64,000 bases of DNA from Camelus ferus (Eukaryota): assembly GCF_009834535.1 (NCBI RefSeq), contig NC_045697.1, forward strand, positions 119,786,001 to 119,850,000, read 5' to 3'. The position numbers and the translations under genes were made by a program. The notes under the pieces are model-generated. The model did no database searches, had not been told where the DNA came from, and was given only the letters and a program-made list of their open reading frames with translations. Shown in pieces: positions 1 through 12,500 of this stretch (the first letter of the stretch is position 1; every line of letters begins with the position of its first letter).

Positions 1-1450
1 TGTGATGGTGTAGGAAAACAGTCTAAAGGCATGTTTCTGGGGTGCAGGTGTTCCCAGGATGGGAGATTTTGGCTAATTACCTCCACTGCCCATGGGGAGG
101 CACTCTGGTTTTCTTCGTTTTCCAGCCATACTCCCAGCATTCCCTTGCTGCACGGGTTAGGAAAACACCCAGGGATGACATACTAAGTAATTCTATAAGA
201 ACCCCAGCGCTGCTGTCTGTTGCAGGAACCTACACACACACAGGATTCCCAAACACGGCTTTGATTGGGGAGTTGTGAATCCCCACTCCACACACATGGC
301 TGGAGTCACAAGTATTTCCCTGATATTGAGATGTCAGTTAATTACCTCCACAGTGCATCTTGGGGCACTCGCTGCTTCTTGGATTTTCAGCCAATTCCCC
401 AGATTTCACTCTCAGCCCGGTCTCGGAAAACACTCAGGGAAGGAAAGCTACAAGTTCTATTAGAACCCAGGTGATCCTGACAGTTGTGGAAACCTGAACA
501 TACTAAGGAAAACAGAATACCCCTTTGTGTGTGTGATGGAGTAGGAAAACACACTAAAGGCATGTTTTTGGGGTGCAGGTGTTCCCAAGATGGGAGATGT
601 TGGCTAATTATCTCCACTGCCCATAGGGAACCACTCTCTTCACTTCGATTTCCAGCCCTAAACCTAGCATTCCCTTGCAGCCCGACCGTGGAAAACAACA
701 AGTGATTAAAAATCTAAGAAATTCTGTCAGAACCAGGGCGCTGCTTTCTGTTGGAGGAACCTCCAAACACTCACGATTCCGGAACACGGCTTTGTTGGGG
801 GGAGTGTTGAAGCCCCACTGCACACTCACTGCTGGGGGCACATGATTTTCCCTGTTAGGGAGAAGTCTGCTAATTACATCCATAGTCCATCTAGGGGCAC
901 TCGCTTCTACTTGGCTTTCCATACCAACCCCCAGCATTCCCACACAGCCCGGCCTGGGTAAACACTCAGGGATAATATGCTATTGGTTGTATTGGAACCC
1001 AGTCGCTACCTACCGTTGTAGGAAACATCCCACACCTAGGATAACAGAAGAAATCTTTGTGGCTCTGATGGAGATGGGTAAACAATATCCACGAATGTTT
1101 GTGGGGGCACAGGTGTTCCAAGGCTGTGGGACGTCGGAAAAATATCTCAAATTTTCATGTGGATTAACTTGCTGCTTCTACGAATTTCAGCCCAACCCAC
1201 AGCTTTACCTCGCAGCCAGGCCTGTGAAAACAATCACGGTAAAGAAAATACTGGTGCTGTTATTTCCCAGGCGCTGTTCACAGATGTAGAAACCTCCCCA
1301 CACTCAGGATATCGGAACACATCTTTGTGTGTAACATGGTTTAGGAAAATACACTCCAGGCATGTTTCTGGAGGTACAGCTTTTCTAGGTTTGGAGATGT
1401 CGCCTAATTACCTCCACTTCCAATGGGGAGGCACTCTTTACTTCTTCGCT
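1..1450 (+). repeat. Partial copy of the 13-mer HOR subfamily (B3-A-B-C-D-E)
   Basis: Diagnostic strings CCCTTGCTGCACGGGTTAGG, CGGCTTTGATTGGGGAG, GGAAAGCTACAAGTTC and GATTAAAAATCTAAGA were seen only here and at ~45.1-45.8 kb and ~48.6-49.2 kb. Homologous ORF-track translations lie at 265, 45272 and 48720. Confidence 0.85.
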
Positions 1451-2839
1451 TTCCAGACCAACTCCCAGCTTTCGTTTCAAGCCCGGCCTAAGAAAACACC
1501 TAGGGATGACAATATTATTGATTCTATCAGAACCCCCGCTCTGCTGACTGTTGGAAGTACAACACACAGTCAAAATTGTTGAACATGTCTTTGCTTGGTG
1601 GAGGTGTGGAGACCAACACCACAAGATACCTGGGGGCACAGTTTCTCTCTGTCTGGGAGAAATCCGCTTATTACCTCTACAGTCAATCACTGGGCAATCC
1701 TGGCTACTTGGCTTTAAAGCCGAACCCCCAGTTTCCCTCGCAGCCCGCCCTGGAAAACACTCAGAGATTATATTCTAGTGGTTCTATTGGAACCCAGGCA
1801 CTGCAGACCGTTGTAGGAATGTCCGCACACGCAGGATAACAGAACACATTTTTGTGTCTGATTGAGTTGGTAAAGACCACGCATGTTTCATGGGGTACAG
1901 TTTTTCCTTGGATGGGTGAGGTCAGATAATTCCCATTAATGCCCATGGGGAGGTAATCGCTAATGCTTGGATTTCCATCCCATCCCCCAGTTTCCCTTGC
2001 AACCCAGTCTGAGTAAACAGTCAGGAAATTAAGCTAAAGTTTTTATTAGAACCCAGGCGCTGCTGACAGTTGTAGAAACCTCCCCATACACAGGGTAACA
2101 GAACACTTTTTAGTGTGTGTGATGGAGTAGGAAAACACACGCCATGCATGATTCTGGGGTGCAGGTGTAACCAGGTTTGTAGACGTTGGCTAAGGATCTC
2201 CAAAGCCCATGGGGAGGCACTCTGTTTTTCTTTGTTTTCAAGCCATACTCCCAGCTTTCCCTTGCAGCCCGGGTTAGGAAAACACCCAGGGATGACAAAC
2301 TAACTGATTCTATCAGAAACCCTGCGCGGCTGTCTGTTGGATGAACCTCCACACACACAGGATTAAGAAACACTTATTTGCTTAGGGGTATTGTGAAGCC
2401 CCACTCCACACACATGGCTGAGTGCACAAGTTTTTCCCTGTTAGGTAGAAGTCCGCTAATTACCTCTACAGACCATCATGGGGCACTCGCTGCTACTTGG
2501 ATCTCCATCCCAACACACAAGTTTCCCTTGCAGCCCGGCCTGGTGAAACACAAAGGGAAAAGAATCTAATGGTGCTATTAGAACACATGTGCTGCTGACA
2601 ATTGTGGAAAACTTCGAACACTCATGATAACACAGCACATCCTTCTGTGTGTGATGGAGTAGTAAAACACACACCAGGAATTTTTCTGGGGATCCAGTTT
2701 TTCCAAGATTGGGAGATGTCGGCTAGTTTCCTTTACTGCCCATTGGGATGCATTGACTTCTTCTTCGTTTTCAAGCCCAACTCCCAACTTTCCCTCTAAG
2801 CCCGGCCTGGGAAAACACTCAGGGAAAATATGCTATTGG

Positions 2840-5800
2840 TTGTATTGGATCCCAGTCGCTACCTACCGTTGTAGGCTTCTTCACACACCTGGAATAACAG
2901 AAGAAATCTTTGTGTGTCTGATGGAGATGGGTAAACAATCTCCACGCATTTTTCAGGGGGCACAGTTGTTCCAAGGCTGTGGGACTTCGGAAAAATACTT
3001 CAAATTCTCATGGGGATTATCTCGCTGCTGCTACGAATTACAGCCAAACCCACAGTTTTACCACGAAGCTAGGCGTGTGAAAACACTCACAGAAAAGAAA
3101 ATACTGGTGCTATTAGAACCCAGGCGCTGCTGATATTTGTAGAATCCTCCCCACACTCAGGATAGCAGAAGACATCCTTGTGTGTGTCATGGTGTAGAAA
3201 ATTACACTCCAGGAATATTTCTGCGGGTACAGCTGTTCGCTGGTTTGGAGATGTCGCCTAATTACCTGCACTGCCAATGGGGAGGCAATCTATATTTCTT
3301 CGCTTTGCAGACCATCTCCCAAATTTCCCTTACAGTCCGGCCTAAGAAAACACCTAGGGATGACAGTATTAGTGATTCTATCAGAAAACCGGTGCTGCTG
3401 TCTGTTGGAGGTGCAAAGCAGACTCAACATTCCGGAGCAAGGATTTGCTTGGGGGAGGTTTGGAGCCCCAAACCACACAGATGCCTGGGGTCACAGATTT
3501 TCCTTGTTTATGAGAAGTCCGCTAATTATCTCTACATTCAATCTCTGGGCACTCGTTGCTACTTGGCTTTCCAGCCGAACCCCCAGCTTTCCCTCGCAGC
3601 CCGCCCTGGAAAACACTCAGAGATAATTAGTTAATGGTTTTATTGGAATACAAGCACTGCAGACCGTTGTACGGACCTAAGCACACGCAGGATAACAGAA
3701 AAAAAATTTTGTGTCTCATTGAGATGGTAAAAGCTCCACGCATGTTTCAGGGTGTACTGATGTTCCTAGGTTGTGGGAGTTCAGATACATCCCACTACAG
3801 CCCATGGAGAAGTTTTCGATCCTGCTTGGGTTTCCAGCCCATCCCCCAGTTTCCTTTGCTACCCAGCCTGAGAAAACAATCAGGAAATGTAGCTAAAGGT
3901 TCTATCAGAACCCCGGTGCTGCAGTCGGTTTTAGGAACTTCCACACACACAGGATTCCCAAACACGGCTTTGCTTGGAAGAATTTTGAACCTCCAATTCA
4001 CACACATGCCTGGGGGCAAAAGTTTTTCCCTTTTAGGGCCAAGTCTGCTAATTACCTCCATAGTCCATCTCAGGGCACTCGCTGCTACTTGGATTTCCAG
4101 CCGAACCCCCAGGTGTCCCTTGCAGCCCGGCCTGGGGTAACACAGAAGGATAAGAAGCTATTGGTGCTATTCGAACCCATGCCCTGCTGACAATTGTGGA
4201 AACATTCAAACACTCATTATAACAGAACACATCTTTCTGTGTGTGATGGAGTAGGAAAACACACTCCAGGCAATTTTTGGGGATCCAGGTTTTCGCAGGT
4301 TGGAGATGTCGGCTAGATTCCTTCAGTGCCCATGGGATGGCACTGTCTTCTTCTTCATTTTCAAGCCCAACTCCCAGCTTTCCCTTGCATCACGGTCTTG
4401 GATTATACCCAGGGATGAAAGTCTAAGTGATTTTATCAGAGGTACGATGCTGCTGTCTTTTTTAGGAACTTCCAGATCCTTAGGATTCTGGATCACTTCT
4501 ATGCTTGGGGCTTGCTTTGGAGACCCACACGACAGAGATGGCTGGCGGCCCAGGTTTTTCCCTGTTAGGGAGATGTCCGCTAATTACCTCCACAGTCAAT
4601 CTCGGGTCACTCGCTGCTACATGGCTTTCCAGCGCGTGCGCAGTATTTCCTCGCAGGCCGGCCTTGAAAACAATCAGGGATAATAAGCCAGTGGTTCTAT
4701 TGGAACCCAGGTGCTGCAGAACATTGTAGGATACTCCCCACACCCAGCAAAAAGAACACTTTTTGTGTGTCTCATGCAGTTTGGTAAACAAACTCCACGC
4801 GTGTTTCAGGCGGTTAAGGTGTTCCTAGATAGTAGGGGTTCGTGTAATTAACTCCAATGCACATGGAGAGGCACTCGCTCCTGCTTGGCTTTCCAGCCCA
4901 ACCCACAGCATTCCCTCTCAGCCCGGCCTGGGAAAACACTCAGGGATAATATGCTATGGGTTGTATTGGATCCCAGTCGCTACCTACCATTGTAGGCAAC
5001 TTCCCACATCTGGGATAACAGAAGAAATCTTTGTGTGTCTGATGGAGATGGGTAAACAAACTCCACGAATTTTTCAGGGGGCACAGGTGTTCCAAGGCTG
5101 TGGGACGTCGGAAAATTACCTCAAACTCTCATGGGGATTATCTCGCTGCTGCTGCTACGAATTATAGCCAAACCCACAGATTTACCTCGAAGCTAGGCGT
5201 GTGAAAACCCTCACAGAAAAAAAATACTGGTGCTATAAGAACCCAGGCGCTGCTGATATTTGTAGAATCCTCCCCACAATCAGGATAGCAGAAGACATCT
5301 TTGTGTGAGTGATTTTGTAGAAAATTAAAATCCAGGCATATTTCTGGGGGTACATCTGTTCGCAGGTTTGGAGATGTCGCCTAATTACCTGCACTGCCAA
5401 TGGGGAGGCAATCTATATTTCTTCGCTTTGCAGACCATCTCCCAAATTTCCCTTACAGTCCGGCCTAAGAAAACACCTAGGGATGACAGTATTAGTGATT
5501 CTATCAGAAAACCTGGCTGCTGTCTGTTGGAGGTACAACACACACTCAACATTCCGGAGCAAGGAATTGCTTGGGGGAGGTGTGGAGCCCCAAACCACAC
5601 AGATGCCTGGGGTCACAGATATTCCTTGTTTATGAGAAGTCCGCTAATTACCTCTACAGTCAATCTCTGGGCACTCGTTGCTACTTGGCTTTCCAGCCGA
5701 ACCCCCAGGTTTCCCTCGCAGCCCGCCCAGGAAAACACTCAGAAATAATTAGTTAATGGTTCTATTGGAACAAAAGCACTGCAGACCGTTGTACGGACTT

Positions 5801-6520
5801 AAGCACACGCAGGATAACAGAAAAATTTTTTTGTGTCTCAATGATATGTTAAAAGCTCCACGCATGTTTCAGGTTGTACTGTTGTTCCTAGGTTGTGGGA
5901 GGTCAGATACATCCCACTACAGCCCATGTGAAGTACACGCACCTTCTTGGCTTTCTAGCCCATCCCCCAGTTTCCTTTGCAACCCAGCCTGAGAAAACAA
6001 TCAGGAAATGAAGCTAAAGTTTCTATCAGAACCCCGGTGCTGCAGTCGGTTGTAGGAACTTCCACACACACAGGATTCCCAAACACGGCTTTGCTTGGAA
6101 GAATTTTGAACCTCCAATTCACACACATGCCTGGGGGCAAAAGTTTTTCCCTTTTAGGTCCAAGTCGGTAATTAACTCCATAGTCCATCTCCAGGAAATC
6201 GCTGCTACTTAGATTTCCAGCACAACCCCCAGGTGTCCCTTGCAGCCCGGCCTGGGTTAACACATAGGGAAAAGAAGCTATTGGTGATATTCGAACCCAT
6301 GCCCTGCTCACAATTGTGGAAACCTTCGAACACACAGGATAACAGAACATATCTTTCTGTGTGTGATGGAGTAGGAAAACACACTGCAGGCATTTTTCTG
6401 GGGATCCAAGTTTTCCCAGGTTGGCAGATGTCGGCTAGATTACTTCTGTGCCCATGGGGTGGCACTGTCTTCTTCTTCATTTTCAAGCCCAACTCCCAGC
6501 TTTCCCTTGCAGCCCGGACA
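2840..6520 (+). repeat. 8-mer HOR (D-E-F2-G2-I2-J-K-L, ~2.12 kb), one full plus one partial tandem copy
   Basis: Shared variants occur ~2122 bp apart: CTTACAGTCCGGCCTAAG (~3329/~5452) and GAACCTCCAATTCACACACATGCCTGGGGGCAAAAG (~3988/~6108). Homologous ORFs lie at 3290/5413 and 3634/5756. Confidence 0.85.
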
Positions 6521-9500
6521 AGTGAAACACCCATGGATGACAAATAAGTGATTCTATCAGAAAAATGGTGTTGCTGTCTTTTGGAGGAACCTCCAAAATT
6601 TCACGAATCTGGAACACATCTTTGAATGTGGGGAGTTGTGGAACACCAGTCCACGCAGATGGATGGGGACAAAGATTTGTCCCTGTTAGGGAGAAGTCCG
6701 CTAATTATCTCCATAGTGCATCTTGGGGCACTCGCTGCTTCTTAGACTTTCAGTCTATGCCCCAATTTTCACTCGCAGCCCGGCCTTGTAAAACACTCAA
6801 TGATAATAAGCTAGGTTTCTATAGGAACCCAGGTGCTGCAGACAATTATAGGAAACTCCCCACACTCAGAATAACCGAACAAAATTTTGAGTGTCTGATT
6901 TAGATGGGTAAACTAAATCCACGCATGTTTCAGGTTGTAAAGGCATTCCTAGGTTGTGGGAGTTCGGATATTTGCATCCACTGTCCATGGGGAGTCCCTT
7001 GCAGTTGCTTGGATTCCAGCCAAACTCCCAGCATTCCCTCGAATCCCGGCCTGTGAAAAGACTCAGGGAAAAAAAGCTACAGTTTCTATAAGAACTAAGG
7101 CGCTCCTGACAGTTGTAGAAACCTCCCTACACTAAGGAAAACAGAACACAGCTTTGTGTGTGTGATGGAGTAAGAAAACACTGTAAGGCATGTCTCTGGG
7201 GTGCAGGTGTTCGCAGGATGGGAAATGTTGGCTAATTACCTCCACTGCCCATGGGGAAGCACTCTCTTCTTCTTCAATATCCAGCCCTAATCCTAGCATT
7301 CCCTTGAAGCCCGACCGTGGAAAACACCCAGGGATGACAAACTAAATAATTCTATCAGAACCAGGGCACTGCTGTATGTTGGAAGAACCTCCAAACACTC
7401 AGGATTACGGAACACGGATTGGCTTGATGTGAATTGTGAACCCCACAGCACACTCATTGCTGGGGCCCAAGATTTTCCATTTTAGGGCCAAGTCCGCTAA
7501 TTATTTCCATAGTCAATCTCGGGGCACTCGCTGCTACTTGGATTTCCAGCCCAAACCCAAGCTTTCCCTCGCAGCCCGGCCTGGGAAAACACACAGGGAA
7601 AATATTTTATTGGTTGTAATGGAACCCAGTCTCTACCTACCGTTGTAGGAACCTTCCCACAACTAAGATAAAGAAGAAACATTTGTGTGTCTGATGGAAA
7701 TGGGTAAACAAACTCCAAGCATATATCAGGGGGCTTAGGTGTTCCAAGGCTGTGGGACGTCGGAAAATTTCCTCAAATTCTCATGTGGATTAACTCGCTG
7801 CTGCTACGAATTACAGCCAAGCCCACAGCTTTACCTCGTAGCCAGGCCTGTGAAAACACTCACGGAAAACAAAATACTGGTGCTTCTAAAACCCAGGCGC
7901 TGCTGAAAGTTGTAGAATCTTCCCACACTCAGGATAGCAGAACAAATTTTTGTGTGTGTGATGGTGTAGGAAAATACACTCCAGGCATGTTTCTGGGGGT
8001 ACAGCTGTTCCCAGGTTTGGAGATGTCGCCTAATTACCTCCACTTCCAATGGGGAGGCACTCTATACTTCTTCGCTTTCCAGACCAAATCCCAGCTTTCG
8101 TTTGAAGCCCGGCCTAAGAAAACACCTAGGGATGACAATTTTAGCGATTCTATCAGAAACCCCCTCTGCTGCCTTTTGGAGGATCAACACACACTCAAAA
8201 TTCCGGAACATGTCTTTGCTTGGTGGAGGTATGGAGACCAACACCACAAGATGCCTGGGGGCACAGTTACTCTCTGTCTGGGAGAAGTCCACTAATTACC
8301 ACTACAGTCAATCTCTGGGCAATCCTGGCTAATTGGCTTTCCAGGAGAACCCCCAGTTTCCCTCGCATCCCGCCCTGGACAACACTAAGAGATTATAAGC
8401 TAGTGGTTCTATTGGAACACAGGCACTGCAGACCTTTGTAGGAAGATCCGCACACGCAGGATAACAGAACACTTATTTTGTGTATGATTGAGATGGTAAA
8501 AACTCCACGCATGTTTCAGGGGGTACAGGTTTTCCTAGGTTGGGGGAGGTCAGATTATTCCCATTAATGCAAATGGGGAGGGAATCGCTCCTGCTTGGAT
8601 TTCCATCCCATCCCCCAGTTTCCCTTGCAACCCAGTCAGAGAAAACATTCAGGAAATTTAGCTAAAATTTCTATTAGAACCCAGAAGCTGCTGACAGTTG
8701 TAGAAACTTCCCCATACACAGGGTAACAGAACACTTCTTTGTGTGTGTGATTGAGTAGGAATAAACACTCCATGCATGTTTCTGGGGTGCAGGTGTAACC
8801 AGGCTGTGAGACGTTGGCTAAGAATCTCCACAGCCCATGGGGAGGCACTCTGTTTTTCTTCGTTTTCCAGCCCTATTCCCATCTTTCTCTTGCAGCCCGT
8901 GTGACACCCAGGGATGACATACTAAGTGATTCTATCAGAACCCAGGCGCTGCTGTCTTTTGGAGGAACCTCCACACACACAGGATTCCCAAACACGACTT
9001 TGCTTAGGGGAATTTTGAAGCCCCTATCCACACAAAATTCTGGGCCTCAAGTTTTTCCCTGTTAGGGAGAAGTCCGCTAATTAGCTCCAAAGTTCATCTC
9101 GGGCACCCGCTGCTACTTGGATTCCCAGCCCAACCCACATGTTTCCCTTGCAACTCGGCCTGGGGTAACACAGAAGGAAAAGAAGCTATTGGTGCTATTC
9201 GAACCTATGCCCCGCTGACAATTGTGGAAACCTTTGAAAACTCAGGATAACAGAACATATCTTTCTGTGTGTGATGGAGTAGGAAAACACACGCCAGGCA
9301 TTTTTCTGGGGATCCAGGTTTTCCCAGGTTGGGAGATGTCGGCTAGATTCCTTCAGTGCCCATGGGGTGGCACTGTCTTCTTCTTTTTCAAGCCCAACTC
9401 CCAGCTTTCCCTTGCAGCCAGGAAAAGTGAAACACCCATGGATGACAAATAAGTCATTCTATCAGAACCCCGGCGTTGCTGTCTGTTGGAGGAACCTTCA

Positions 9501-12500
9501 AATCTTCAGGATTGTGGAACACGTCTTTGAGTGTGGGGAGTTGTGGAACCCCAATCCACGCAGATGGATGGGGTCACAGATTTGTCCCTTTTAGGGAGAA
9601 GTCCGCTAATAACCTCCACAGTGCATCTTGGGGCGCTCGCTGCTTCTTAGATTTTCAGTATATCCCCCAGTTTTCACTCGCAGCCCAGCTTTGTAAAACA
9701 CTCAGTGATAATTAGCTAGGTTTCTTTTGCAACCCAGGTGCTGCAGATAATTGTAGGAACCACCCCACACTCAGAATAACAGAACAATATTTTGAGTGTC
9801 TGATTTAGATGGGTAAACTAAATCCACGCATGTTTGAGGTTGTATAGGTGTTCCTAGGTTGTGGGAGGTCGGATATTAACATCCACTGTCCATGGGGAGT
9901 CCCTTGCTGTTGCTTGGATTCCAGCCCAACACCCAGCATTCCGTCGCATCCCGGCCTGTGAAAACACTCAGGGAAAAAAAGCTACAGTTTCTATAAGAAC
10001 TAAGGCGCTTCTGACAGTTGTAGAAACCTCCCTACACTAAGGAAACAGAACAAATCTTTGTGTGTGTGATGGAGTAGGAAAACACAGTAAGGCATGTCTC
10101 TGGGGTGGAGGTGTTCGCAGGATGGGAAATGTTGGCTAATTACCTCCACTGCCCATGGGGAATCACTCTCTTCTTCTTCAATATCCAGCCTAATCCTAGC
10201 ATTCCCTTGCAGCCCGACCGTGGAAAACACCCAGGGATGACGAACTAAATCATTCTATCAGAACCAGGGCGCTGCTGTATGTTGGAGGAACCTCCAAACA
10301 CTCAGGATTCCGGAACACGGATTTGCTTGGTGCGAATTGTGGATCCCCACAGCACACTCATTCCTTGGGCCGAAGATTTTCCCTTTTAAGGCCAAGTCCG
10401 CTAATTACCGCCAATGTCCATCTCGGGGCACTGGCTGCTACTTGGATTTCCAGCACAAACCCAAGCTTTCCCTTGCAGTCCGGCCTGGGAAACACACAGG
10501 GAAAGTATGTTATTGGTTGTAATGGAACCCAGTCTCTACCTACAGTTGTAGGAAACTTCCCACAACTAGGATAAAAGAAGAAATTTTTGTGTGTCTAATG
10601 GAGATGGGTAAAAAAACTCCAAGCATTTATAAGGGGGCTTAGGTGCTCCAAGGATGTGAGACGTCAGAAAATTACCTCAAAATCTCATGGGGAGTAACTC
10701 GCTGCTGCTACGAATTACAGCCAAGCCCACAGCGTTACCTCGCAGCCAGGCCTGTGAAAACACTCTCGGAAAACAAAATACTGGTGCTACTAGAACCCAG
10801 GCGCTGCTGAATGTTGTAGAATCCTCCCCACACTCAGGATAGCAGAACAAATTTTTGTGTGTGTGATGGTGTAAGAAAATACACTCCAGGCATGTTTCTG
10901 GGGGTACAGCTGTTCCCAGGTTTGGAGATGTCGCCTAATTAACTCCAATTCCAATGGGGAGGCACTCTATACTTCTTTGCTTTCCAGACCAACTCCCACC
11001 TTCCCTTTGAAGCCCGGCCTAAGAAAAAACCTAGGGATGACAATATTAGTGATTCTATAAGAAACCCCGCTCTGCTGCCTGTTGGAGGTACAACACACAC
11101 TCAAAATTCCGGAACATGTCTTTGCTTGGTGGAGGTGTGGAGACCAACACCACAAGATGCCTGGGGGCACAGTATCTCTCTGTCTGGGAGAAGTCCGCTA
11201 ATTACCTCTACAGTCAATTTCTGGGCAATCCTGACTACTTGGCTTTCCAGCCGAACCCCAGTTTCCCTCGCAGCCCGCCCTGGAAAACACTCAGGGATTA
11301 TAAGCTAGTGGTTCTATTTGAACGCTGGCACTGCAGACCGTTGTAGGAAACTCCGCACACGCAGGATAACAGAACACTATTTTGTGTCTGATTGAGATGT
11401 TAAAAATTCCATGCATTTGTCAGGGGGTACAGGTTTTCCTAGGATGTGGGAGATCAGATTATTCCCATTAATTCCCATTGTGAGGTAATCTTTCCTGCTT
11501 GGATTTACATCCCATCCCCCAGTTTCCCTTGCAACCCAGTCAGAGAAAGCAGTCAGGAAATTTAGCTAAAATTACTATTAGAACCCAGGCGCTGCTGACA
11601 GTGGTAGAAACCTCCCCATACACAGGGTAACAGAACTCTTCTTTGTGTGTGTGATGGAGTAGGAAAACACACGCCATGCATATTTCTGGGGTGCAGGTTT
11701 AACCAGGTTGTGAGTCGTTGGCTAATTATCTCCACAGCCCATCGGGAGTCACTCTGTTTTTCTTCATTTTCCAGCCCTACTCCCACCTTTCCCTTGCAGC
11801 CCGGGTTAGGAAAACACCCAGGGATGACAAACTAAATGATTCTATCAGAACCCCGGTGCTGCTGTCTGTTTGAGGAACCTCCACACACACAGGATTAACA
11901 AACACGTCTTTGCTTGGGGGAATTTTGAAGCCCCACACCACACACATGACTGAGGGCACAAGTTTTCCCTGTTAGGTAGAAGTCCGCTAATTACCTCTAC
12001 AGACCATCGTGGGGCACTCGCTGCTACTTGGATTTCCATCCCAACCCACAACTTTCCCTTGCAGCCCGGCCTTGGGAAACACACAGGGAAAAGGTTCTAC
12101 TGGTGCTATTAGAACACATGCTCTGCTGACAATTATGGAAACCTTCGAACAGTCAGGATAACAGAACACAACTTTCTGTGTGTGATGGAGTAGTAAAACA
12201 CACTCCAGGCAATTTTCTGGGGATCCAGTTTTCCCAGGTTGGGAGATGTCGGCTAGATTCCTTCACTGCCCATGGGGATACATTGACTTCTTCGATTTCA
12301 AGCCCAACTCCCAACTTTCCCTTGCAGCCCGGTCTTGGATTATACCCAGGGATGACAGTCTAAGTGATTTTATCAGACCTAAGAGGCTGCTGTCTTTTTT
12401 AGGAACTTCCAGACACTTAGGATTCTGGATAACTTCTATGCTTGGAGGTAGCTTTGGAGACCCACACCACAGAGATGGTAGGGGGCACAGGTTTTTCCCT

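Noticed and set aside
526..540. (TG)n and (CA)n runs as independent microsatellites
   Set aside because: They are only 3-5 units long and are a fixed part of the monomers.
776..790. Heat-shock element (TTCnnGAA) or DUX-type (TGATTRRRTTA-like) sites in monomers
   Set aside because: Only two HSE pentamers are present where three are normally needed. DUX-like matches carry one or more mismatches (e.g. TGATTGAGATG), so neither is distinguishable from chance without binding data.
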